Positions 35,926 to 48,200 of a stretch of 64,000 bases of DNA are shown in pieces; the stretch's first letter is position 1, and each line of letters starts with the position of its first letter. The notes beneath the pieces are model-generated. The model had not been told where the DNA came from. It made no database searches and was given only the letters and a program-made list of their open reading frames with translations. The translations under genes were made by a program, and so were the position numbers. This DNA comes from Octopus bimaculoides (Eukaryota). The stretch is taken from NCBI RefSeq assembly GCF_001194135.2, contig NC_068981.1:181195945-181259944 (forward strand), in the 5' to 3' direction.

Positions 35926-38900
35926 TAAACATCACCGTCATTTAACATATATCTTCCATGCTAGCATGGGTTGGATGGTTTGACAGAATGCAATATGTCC
36001 AAGGATTGCATGTGCTCCAATGTCTGTCTTGGCGTGGTTTCTATGGATGCCCTTCCTAGTGCCAACCACTTTACAGTATGGATTGGGTACCTTTTTCCAT
36101 GCCACCAGCTTTATTAAGGTTGCCATGCAGCACACAGAACTATAAACCCTAAGGGGATGGGATTAGCTTCAAGCTAGTGGATGAGAGGACTGAATTATGA
36201 GAAGGGCTGGGGGCAGTGCAGGTTCTTGTAGAGGGTCTGCATGGCTACTCACATCTAGAAGGGGAAGGGAAGAGAAAATGAACAGTAGGGACTGCAAGAG
36301 ATAGATAATGGTGACAAGGTACCTAAGGGGCCCCAAGAGACAAGGTGAGTTGATAAATTGGTTTGCAAGTTTGTATGGAAAGGAGAATGAGAGGATGTGG
36401 AGGTAGACTACTAGAATGGATAGGGTTGAAGGGCAGATGAGAGAGGAACCATGAGCTGGGATAGTTAGAGGGATGCAGAAGAGAGTGGGTAAGAGCTGAG
36501 CAGCAGCAGTAGTAGTAGTAGTAGTAGTAATAGTAGTAGAGATGATATAGTTGTTAGAGGAGGGATGGACAAGAGAAGGATAAATAAATTCATTTGAAAT
36601 TCCCATATTGTTGTAAGATGAATACATAAATGGAGAAAAACTGAACTTTTTCCATCCAGAGCTAATTGAAGCATCTTTTCTGTGCTATCTGAAGTATCAT
36701 CATCATCTACCTAATGTCAACCAGTTTACAGTATGGACTGGGTGCTTTTTTTCATGCCACTGCACTACTGAGGTCACCATGCAGCTTGCAGAGCTACAAG
36801 CCCTGGTGGTGGTGAAGTTAGCTTCAAGCTAGTGGATGAAGGGATTGACTTTGTCATCATCACTGTATAATCTTCCATTTACAACTTGATTTCTCTCACT
36901 TAGGTGCATTTGTAGATGCATGAGTGTTACTTGATGACATCCATTGTTCTCTAATGAGACACCGAATGGTGATGCCTGCTGTTTGAAGGTTAAATCTAGG
37001 CAAATCAAAATTACTTTTTTCAAGAAATTTTTTAATTTAAACATCTGATTAAATTCATAGAAGCAACTTTTAAGACAGGGTCAACATTTAAAAAAATAAA
37101 ACAAAGACATAATTATATAAAAATATATTTATTTCCATAATTTATGTATTCGTGAAAATGCGTGTTGGTATGAATATGAGTGTTTGCATGTATGTATGAT
37201 TGCATCTGTATGAAGAAAAATATATGTGATGGTATTATATAAATATTTCTCATATTAAAAAAAAAACTTACGAAATTAAATAAATAGTAAAAAAAATAAA
37301 TATATTTAAAAATTGTCAAAATTAACCAATAAATATTAGAAAAAATAGCTGGATGGAATTTTATTTATATTTTGATTGAACTTGATTGATGTATGTGAAG
37401 TCTTCCAATGTACTACACATGCAAAGCAAGAAAAAAAAAAGAGAAAAAAAAACAGCTGCAAGATAGAATTCAAAAACATCATTCATATCATGGCTTCAGA
37501 TGCTGGTAATGTAAAAGACAAAAACCACTAAAAGATTTAGATTTATCACAGTTTGGTTGCATTACTAAATGGGTATCAATTCAGTTAGTGCAAAAGCAGT
37601 TACTCCTATTATCCAAAACAAACTAAATAATTGACTATGAAAATTTATCTGATGTTCGAACATATAACTGAGAGAACTTCTAAAACTATAGAAAGCAAAA
37701 ATTATAGAATATATCACTCTCTATACATATATCTCTAGATAAAATATACTTCAATGGAAGACGGCAGAAAAACTGAAATAAAATGATTTTCAACAGAAAG
37801 GAATCTAAAATATTTAAAGATATCTGGTGTTTTTCAAGGGAGAGAAGTGAAAACATTTCAAGGCTGTCTTGGAACAAGTTGGAACCAACAAGGTTAAGAA
37901 TGGAGGGAACAACTATGCAAATATGTAATGTGCCAGCCTGCAGAGGAAAATGGTAAAAACAAAAATGGTTGATGAGAATGTACAGAATTTAAAAGAATTT
38001 AAATATGAAATTGATTTTAAATTGAAGGTAAATCACTTCAGTTAAAATTTAACCAACATGAAAGGGTTGACATAAATTCTAAACTGGACCGAATATAGCC
38101 ACCAGTACTGAAAAAACACAAAGCTGAAACAATTTAGAAAAACTTTGTATAGAAAGGAATAAAACTTATTGTGAACAAGAGGTGCAGATGGGTGATAAGG
38201 TTGCTAAACTACTGAATGTAGAACGAACAATTTGTATCCTGTCACCTGCACACTACCAGGGTCCCTGACAAAGACCTATAACTATCAATGACCCATTTAC
38301 AAATAGATACCTTTGGGTTGTTGGTGTGTTTCATGTTTGTAGGATCAGCCTTGTGAGGAATAGATTTCAAAAGACTGACTTATTATATATATATATATAT
38401 ATATCATCATTTAACATCCACTTGTCCAGGTTTGCATGGGTCAGACAGAATTTGTTGAGGTAGATTTTCTATGGCCAGATACTCTTCCTGTTGCCAATCT
38501 TCACTTGTTTCCAAGCAAGGTAATATTTTCCCATGGTTGAGCTGGTTTTTTCTTGGAATACTGGAAACGAACAGCCTTGCCTGTATGATGGTGATCCTCC
38601 ATTACAACCATCACATGATGCCTAGTCAAGGACACACACACACACATACATAATAAAGTCACTCAAGCCTGAGAAAGATGCTTCTGCAAATTTTTGCTGA
38701 ACAATCTACACATATGATTTGTTTATAGTGATCAAATATTTGTGCTGCAAATAAATTCACTCTGTCCATCAAATCAACATTATCTCTGCATATAAAACGT
38801 ATATAGATATACACATTTGATAGCTAGTTTCAGTTTCTGTCTAATACATCCACTTACAAAACTTAGGTTGGCCTTAGTATAAGATATTTGCTAAACCTCA

Positions 38901-39399
38901 TATATATGACACATACACATTTAGACATACGGAGGAAAGACAAAATACTCAAATAGTTTTAAGTTAATGATTCTCTCCAAGACAACTCTCATTGTGCAAC
39001 CTCTTACGTGGTGCTGATGGTGGGGGCATAGACAAAATGAAATATACAATGTCCATTGATATTCGAGCCAGAATACGATAACAGACTTTGAAGTCAGTTT
39101 TGAATGTTTTGATTTCTAATTATTTAAAATTACAAAATTTCATTTTCGCAATTCCAAATCTGAAAATAACCAAACTTTTTTGTTGCATGAAGAATGGCAT
39201 GGAGCAGGAAACTGTGAAGAGTGAAACATCAACCTCAAATAAATATATAAACTTTCTGATGAACACTTTTCTTGATGTTAATACCAGAAGAATTAAAGAA
39301 CTAAATGCAAACAGACAAGAAAAAAAAAAAAAATTTAAGACTCAAAATATTGTTTTAAATTGTTTAGCTTTTGTCACAAAAACTTATGTATTTAAATTA

Positions 39400-39621
39400 T
39401 TCAACCCTTTCATTACCATATTTTTGCTGAAATATACCCACTTTCTTTCAAAATAATTAAGAATTTAGTAAAATAATTTTGTCATTAAGCTGGTGTTTGG
39501 AACTTAAATTAGCATGAAATTTTGATGGAAGATTTTTAATTCAGATCACTTTAAATAAATCAGGATGTTTGTGTCCTAGAACCAGGGGCATTTTCAGACA
39601 GGTTGGTAACAAAAGGGTTAA
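39400..39621. mobile_element. Second TTAA-flanked MITE family
   Basis: CCCTTTCATTACC ... GGTAACAAAAGGG|TTAA. The reverse complement aligns with 3892-4075 and with a fragment near 12835-12920. Confidence 0.7.
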
Positions 39622-41960
39622 CTTTTGTCTCTAAATCTTTTGGTTGGTTGTCTTAAACAGACCAAGTTAATGGTATTTTTCCTTTGCTAAAAGGCCCAAG
39701 GAATTCAAACCTGGTCACTCAACTTACCATACGGTGCTAAAAGAAAATAAATAAAATATTATAAAATAAAAACAACCATCAATGTAAACATATCCATCTC
39801 AGCAACTCCTCTGGATTAATTCATTTCATAACGTGTCTTCGGAAGAGTTGTAGCGCTACTTTTAGAATCAATGTAAATTTGTCAATGAGGTGAACTTGCC
39901 ACAGTAGATGAGAAATTCGTTGGGCCCTGAGATTTTTTGCTAAACCAAATCAATTTTCTGCTGTGGTTTCAGTGGAAATTTGGAATAGTATTCAGTAATG
40001 TTTCAAGTCAAATTGTTACCTTTAGGTAAAGCAGGCTTATACAAAACAGCAAAAGGGGTAAAAATAGAAAGAATGTATAAGCTCCCAGTTACACTTGGTT
40101 TTCAAACCTCTCTTTAAATCTGAATCATCATTATAAAAGTTGACTGATCTACAAGAAAATTATTTATTTTTTGTAATTGAAAAGCACAATTACAAGACCC
40201 TGATTACAAGACTCTTGTTTGTAAAGCTTTAGTTAACATAGAGCAAGACCACATATGTGCAGCTATCATACATACCTTACATATGTGTAGGTGTACACAA
40301 ATACACATGTGAGCAAACACACAAACACTTCCACCTATAAATGATATCTGAGACAGAAAAAAGACAGCAGGACTTCAACCATGTATCTGCTACTTGCTGT
40401 GCAACATCAACAACAACCCCAGTAGATACAGAATAGTACTGTTAAATAACAAATGTTTAGAAGGAGAAGGACAGGTGCACAGGAAACAATAGATAAATAC
40501 TTTGCTTCCCATCAATGAAAATGTTGTCCTTGTTCAGCTAATTGGAAATCTTTCCTTAAACCATTTACATGCACGTGTGTATATACACACATCCATTTTT
40601 TTTTTGGTTTTAAAATCCATCTCAGGCCTACAGACTCATGAAGCTGGAGCTCATCTAGATTTCTGAAGTATTGACGTCACTGACAGTGTAAGACTCCCCT
40701 CTGTGGTTTGCCCTCATTTCAGCCTAGTGGACTGGAGCACTGTAAAACAAAGTGCCTTGCTCAAAGCCATACCTAATACACCCTAACCGTGAGTCCAATA
40801 CCTTAACTGCTAAGCCAAACACCCTCAATGCTTTTTACACTTGTACACACACACACACACACATAAACATATCTGCTAATAAATGGCATTACAATCAGTA
40901 ATAAATTAAATAAACTCTCTCTCTCTACAAATATATATATATATATGTTACTTTCCAGACTGGCAAAGGTTATATATATTCATTCAGTAAATTTATATCC
41001 ATGTTTTCATGCTAGCATGGCTTAGATGAATATATTATCAAGGCAACGTTTTACAACTGGATGCCCTTCTTGTCACAAACCTTACTTGTTTTGAAAGGAT
41101 GTCTTATTTCACAAGTCTATGAAGGTGCGAAATGAGCAGACAAGTCATTAACAAGAGAAGTGACATCATTATCACCACTATGACCACCCACAATGAGTGT
41201 CATAGAGCACAAATGTAAACAAACATACATGTGCATATACAATGGGTTTCTTTTAGTTTCTGCCTACTAAATTCACTCACACGGCCATGATCAACCTGAG
41301 TATATAGTAGAAGACACTTGTCCAAGGAGTAACAGAACTGAACCCAACAAGACCACAATGTTGGGGGTTACAAGTTTATACTGAAAGACTTTGGTATCTG
41401 TTGTGTGTGTGTGTATGTATATATATATATATACACACACACCATTACATTATAAAAGTAACAAATAGAGAATATCTATTTTTAATAATCACAGTAAGTG
41501 CATCATAATGCAATCATCCACAAGCACACATACTTGAGTAGTGGGCTTCGGTACAGTTTTTGGTAATCAATTTCTTTAGCAAAGCCTTAGTCAGCCCAAG
41601 GTTATAGTAGTAGGCATCCATATGCCATGTAGTGGGAAGAAATCTAAAATCATATGGTTGTGAATTTAATCACACAACCATGCCTACACCCGTCTGTCTG
41701 TCTACTACCTACATATACCATGTAGCACACAGCCATGCCTGTATCTGCAATTGTGAATACATGTGTACATTATACATCCAAGAGAGACTACAATACGACT
41801 GAGACATCTATACACAAATAACTTAAGGAAGGAAAGGCATTCCCTTCGCTGAGCGTCTAATTAATATATTTCTCGAGCACGTCCTCATGTCTGTTTTTCA
41901 TCTTTTTTCATCTGTTTTTTAATTGCATGTTTGTTTGAATTAACAATATATATATAGTTA

Positions 41961-42284
41961 GGCAGGGGGCTCCGAAAGGGGTCTCAGGGAGTAGCGTCCC
42001 TGCCTTCCTGAGCTAGTTTTCCCCCACATTTCTTAAAAATCATGGTAGAGGCCTTGGTCTCAGGACCACTCATGTCTAGAAACTGAGGTTGGGGGTAAGC
42101 AAGTGCATGCTCCCCGTAGAAAATCCAGCTCCAAAAAAGCCTCATGATATCCAAAGAGAATGGGCACCAGCCAGCCCAAAGGTTGGGGTGGGCTGCATCT
42201 GCCTACCTTAGTTGCTATGGCATTGAGGTATATCCGGCCACCCCTGTTAACGGGGACAAAACCTGGATTCAAAACACTGGATGA
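41961..42284 (+). mobile_element. GC-rich probable 5' leader of a LINE, cut by an assembly gap
   Basis: Abrupt GC- and CpG-rich block after (TA)n, containing GGTTGGGGGTAAGC...CTCCCCGTAGAAAAA and several hairpins reminiscent of RTE 5' UTRs. No ORF is visible before the gap. Confidence 0.4.
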
Positions 42285-42583
42285 NNNNNNNNNNNNNNNN
42301 NNNNNNNNNNNNNNNNNNNNNNNNNNNNNNNNNNNNNNNNNNNNNNNNNNNNNNNNNNNNNNNNNNNNNNNNNNNNNNNNNNNNNNNNNNNNNNNNNNNN
42401 NNNNNNNNNNNNNNNNNNNNNNNNNNNNNNNNNNNNNNNNNNNNNNNNNNNNNNNNNNNNNNNNNNNNNNNNNNNNNNNNNNNNNNNNNNNNNNNNNNNN
42501 NNNNNNNNNNNNNNNNNNNNNNNNNNNNNNNNNNNNNNNNNNNNNNNNNNNNNNNNNNNNNNNNNNNNNNNNNNNNNNNNNNN

Positions 42584-42618
<35 letters not shown>

Positions 42619-44044
42619 ACACTGATTGAAATGCAATATGAAATGCATATTCTGAAACATGTAACAATCGAAGTACAAAACTGAAAGGAAATAAAAGAAA
42701 TACAAGAAATTTGCAGAAGAGAGTTGATTAAATTGATCCAACTTCTTGGTAGGAAGATGATATTATGGAACTAAAGGGATGAAAAGTGAAGTTGAATTCA
42801 GAGCGATTTGAAACAGAACAAATATTGCAAGACATTTTGTTAAATGCTCCAATGGTTCTGTCAGTCTTCTGCCATCCATCAATCGATGGCAATTTCTAAC
42901 ATCAGCACAAACTAACAAATTTGGGAAGGATATCGTCCTCAACACTTGACTAACCCACAAGGATAAAAGGAAAGTCAGGCACTGATGGGATGTGTGATGG
43001 AGTTAATAATGATAGTAGCAATAAACTTTTCTTTATCGTTGTGACAGACAATGGATTAGAGGAGTTTACATAAAATGTTTAGAAGGTTTAGATGGAAAAA
43101 ACAAAAACAAAAAAAACAACAGTATAATTAGTATGCAAATATATAAGAAAGTCCAAAGAGGACAATCAGCATCTAGGGTCAGTCAAGGGACCACACAGAT
43201 CCAGGATTATTCTGATTATCAAGGGTTAAGAAAGTGCTCTCTGCTAGTTGTAATCTCTGGCCAACATGCTCATGCTGAGAGTAAACTCATTGATTCAGGC
43301 CATATTCAGTATCTTTTTTTTATCCTTTAGTCAGGAAGAAGAGCACAGACCAGACCTTTTAGAGGGTTCTCTAAGTCTAGTGGAAGAAAATATCTTTAAG
43401 CCAGGGATCTGGTTTGATTTCTTGTAACATAGCGAACTCTGTTAACCCTTAACTCTTTAGCATTTAACACAGCCATAACCAGCTCAAACATTCTTCCTGT
43501 TTTATGTTTAAAATAGCCTGATCTGGCCTCTTGCACCGACTCTACAATGTAATTCCTAAAGTAAAGAGTCACGTGATTGAAATCTCAAGGCTACAAGACA
43601 ATACATAATTCAAAATAAAAAAAAATATATAAGCATAACATTTCATAGAGTAATTTGGATGCTAAACGGTTAAGGCACCTGCAGTGTGGGCCATGGACGA
43701 AGTCTACACTCAAAATTACTGAAAGAAGAGTAATTATTATCAGCCCCGGATGGATGGAAAGCGATACTGACGTCAACATGAATCAAACTCAGAACATAAA
43801 TACCACGAGTCATTATATAGTGTGCTTTCAGGCTTGCTGCTCCTTTTAATATTATCAACACCAATAATTTATGTGTCTGTGTGAGTGTGCGAGATTGGGA
43901 GACGGTTTAAGAGCAAAAACAAAACACACACACACACACAGTTCTTTTACAATGGTTATTTCACATATTCTTATATTCATCAATCACCTCTCTCTCTCTC
44001 TCTCATATGTATGTATACGTACATTTGTGCATATATAGTGCAAA

Positions 44045-44091
<47 letters not shown>

Positions 44092-44160
44092 TCATACATA
44101 CATGTTTGGTAAGTACTCAAAACATGCAGTAGAATGTATGTATGTATGTATGTATGTATG

Positions 44161-44201
<41 letters not shown>

Positions 44202-45027
44202 AGTTTATGAGTCACTTTGTCCATAGGGACTTCTTGTTTTGTGCATTTCTTCAGGTGATATTTATATAGTGCTTGTCCTTATGATTTTAGTGTTTGACAC
44301 TTATTTCAAGTTAAATAGTGTGTGTGTGACTTGATAAATTTGCTTGATTTTATCTGCAAGTAAGCTTGGTTGACTTAAAAACATTTGCAAGCTACCTGCT
44401 GAATGTATGTTTATTTATTTACTTCTTATTCATTAGGCAGAGGTAGAGGGGGATATGCCTATAGTTTCTTTTTTTTATTCAGATTCTCAAACGTTGAGAT
44501 ATAATAGTAACTGGAAATGTTACCTTCTGTTTGAAACACAGCAAGGTTAGTTTGTTTTGATAATATTGATTATTTGTGTAAGAGTGAGATTTGGTTTTGG
44601 TCTCAGTGTGACAGCTGAGAATGAAGGGGTTAAATATTAAATAGAAATAAGATTACAGTCAGCTCGGCATGGTTATTTAGTTAGATATACACAACTTGAA
44701 TACACACATCAAAACACTTGCCTCACTATTTCTCTCTCTCTCCAGTTCATATATTCACATTTAGCTCAAAGCAATTAAGGTCCAATGTGTTTTAAGTCTC
44801 TCTCTCTCTCTTGCTGGGCTACCAACTGAATGGTCAAGTGACCAAATGTTGCCTCAACTGTATAATTGCATAATTGTGGTAATGAAGCAAGGCATGTTAT
44901 TCTGCATACCTTAAAGTAACTTACATATATGTGCTTAGCTGTGAAATTGTTGCTCTAAGTATATGCAAATCTCAAAGAAAAAAAAATGAAAAAAAAATAA
45001 TTACACATGACACCTGTAGTAGCAGAG

Positions 45028-45055
45028 AAAAAGATGTAGAACAGTATTATATAGA

Positions 45056-45088
<33 letters not shown>

Positions 45089-45144
45089 NNNNNNNNNNTA
45101 TATATATACACACACATCTATATAATACTGTTCTACATCTTTTT
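45028..45144. repeat. Perfect 33-bp inverted repeat around (TA)n and a 10-N gap
   Basis: 45028-45060 is the exact reverse complement of 45112-45144. Confidence 0.9.
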
Positions 45145-45178
45145 ATATATACACACATACACACACACACATGTATGC

Positions 45179-45213
<35 letters not shown>

Positions 45214-48200
45214 ATAATAATAATAATAATCTCATCATCATCACTGAACATCCATGCTTGCATTGTATGCACTATATACATACATACGCACACACACACG
45301 TTATTGTATCTTGACAGGATCATTGGCACACCAATGAAACATATGCACTGGTTGAACTTCTCTGTTATTTATTAGTCAACTGGTTAGCTAATCATCTGCC
45401 AAGCTAATCATTTGATCAATCAATCAGTTGGTTTGTCAAAACCTTTTTGATGTAATTTATGACCTTACCATTGACAGGTATAACCAAGTTTCGATTAAAT
45501 ATTGTGATACTGTTAGATTGATTTATTGATGAAATGATTAGTCAAGCAACCAATTAGTTAACTAATATCAAAAGGTAGTGAAATGGAACCAGTGTATGAG
45601 TTATTATTGGCAAAATGATCCTCTCAAGACACGTGTTCCAACTTAAGATTTCACTCAAAGAATCTTGGAAAATAAATACACTAACAAAATTGTGTGTATG
45701 TGAATGCATATCTATATACACACACACACACATATTTATACATACATATTCATATACACATGTGCATATACGTATATATACATACATTCATATATATATA
45801 TTCATGCATGTGTGTATACACACACACACACACACACAATTCATATATTTACATCATATAAAACCTATCTAACCCATATGAAAGTTGAAAAACAAATGCT
45901 CTTTAGTCTGTTTTAGCTATTATAGCTAAAACGATTTTGCTATGACAATATATGTATGTATGTATATATGTGTGCGTGCGTATACATACACACACACACA
46001 TATATATGCATATATATATAGATATATATATAAACGCTACTCTTCAGTAGGATGTTTTAGTTGATGTTTGCTTCAAAAGCAATCCCGTATTTACGGATAA
46101 GTCTAATTTGAGTGTGTCTTTATACAAAAAAAAAAAAAAAAAATTTTTTTTAAAGTAATAATGACATTGATATAATTTGAATCCATTATCCATTAAAGTA
46201 TATTAATGGCTTCTTTTCTGAGACATTCAAACCTCACAAAGTCAGATTCTGAATGGCATCATTAAAACAAATATCAGCACCAAGGTGAATTTAATTTGAA
46301 GATTAAAAAAAAAAAAAAGTAATAAAGTATAAGTAAAATAATAAATGAAAATAATATATAAAAAAAATCTTTTTAAAGAACATACTTATTTTAAACTGCT
46401 AGGACATAAAAAAATAATAATAATAAATGCTTAACGAAGGAGCTGATTTAAAAGCTGATTTCTTTTTTTGCGTTAATTTTTCTGTTACAAAGTTCAATAT
46501 TGCGGTGCTGCCAACCAATTAGAGTTGATACTCTGTTGCTAATAAAGAAGATTTAATAATTGGACAGCAGTTTCATTTCTTGTTTTTCAAGATCTTTGTG
46601 ATTTTTTCACATGATGATGATGATAATGATGAAGAAGATGGTTGGTGGTGGTGATGTATTCACAAGTGAGTGGCTTTGGTATGCAAAGCAGGCACCTGGT
46701 TGCAGACTAGAAACGAACTAACTGAAAGGACAACTAATTTCACTGAAAGTATTCGATAAATGAAAGCTTGAGAAAATACTTATTCTATGTTTAACTTGTT
46801 ATTTAAAATAATAATAAATTTCTTTTTCTTTTTTTTTAAAGATATTATGTGAGTTTGATTTGAGAAGAAAAAAAAATGAGATTGAGAATACTGGAAAAAA
46901 AAAAAAAAAAGATTCTAAAATATGAACAAATGAGTGCATTAATATAACTGAAATCCTTTTTAAAAGTATCCTCTCAAAATATTTTAGAAAGAAAGAGTCA
47001 TCTCATTAAAAAAAAATGCATTTAATTTGAAATTATTATCCAATTCTTCAACCAATTTATAAGTTCTAACTTTCTTTCTCCAAATAGACTTAACTTCTTT
47101 TAAATAAAGTAATTTTGTTCTTCAAAAAATTCAATTAAATTAAAATATAAAATACCCAACAACGTTTGTAGAATAAATATTGTCTGCAAATGTAGTTAGC
47201 CTATATTGGCAGTTTGTAACCCTGTTAGTGTCAGGGAAAGGAAATTGCATCAACTTTTCTGTTTGATGATCAGTGGTGGAAAGGTTACAAACAACTTGAT
47301 GCCTTTTACATTGGCAGACATAGAACAAATTGTATGAGTTTATTCTGCAAACATTATTTGAGTAGATGATGATTTGTCTATGCATTAATGTCATCATTTT
47401 CATATAAGGTTAGGGAGAAAATATTTACTATGATTCTAGTTTTACATTGCCCTTTTTCTGCATCCTACTTTCGGAAAATTTCATCCACAAAGTGGACATC
47501 AAGTGAAGCGACGACATTTAAAGAAATTCCAGTTATAGTTGAATGCTTCAACACAGGTCTTGCTGACTTACGACCTGTCATACAAATAGTTGATTAAACA
47601 AGACACGTAAAAAAAAAAAAAAACCTCCCACCATTAAAAAAAAATTGAAAAAAAAAAAAGAAAAAAATTTGGAAGAAAATATTAACTAACTGTTGAATGT
47701 GCCCTATTAACTGGATTTAAAATTTTGTTTTCTGTTCCCATAGCATGGTGAAAATATACAGAAAACGTGAAATGGAATTGAAAATTTTCTTTTTTAAGAA
47801 TGATCACTGTAAATGGAAAATACATGAGTTAGTTGAGAAATGCATAGTATATTGTTTGGCAGATTTAGTAAGGGTAGAAATGGAAAAGGTTTCTAGTCAA
47901 ACTAAAGAGGAACAATTTGATGTAATTCAGAAATCAATATAGCACTCTAAAGAGAAATGAAACATTTTAGCACCAAATTTTGTAGAACAAAACATAAAAT
48001 TTTGTACCAGTACCAAGACACATACCATAATAAAATATGACAAATTTGAGACAACTTACTTCAACCACCCCCAAAAGTGACACATTTAAAATAATAAAAA
48101 AATAAATGGTAAAAAAATGTATGAAAAGAAAATTTTTTTTTCACTGAATATAAAAAAAAAAATCAAAATATAAATAAAAAATGAAAGTAAAAAAAAAATT

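Noticed and set aside
36162-36845. Direct repeat TTAGCTTCAAGCTAGTGGATGA as a target-site duplication
   Set aside because: Both copies are preceded by the same diverged repeat sequence, so they are two copies of one family rather than a TSD.
41961-42090. Canonical HDV-like ribozyme
   Set aside because: It lacks the L3 UCC, the P1.1 GG and a proper J4/2 catalytic C arrangement. Kept only as an unclassified structure.
44483-44545. 63-nt plus-strand exon candidate (DSQTLRYNSNWKCYLLFETQQ)
   Set aside because: The splice sites are plausible, but I found no partner exons or recognisable homology. Not supportable without RNA data.
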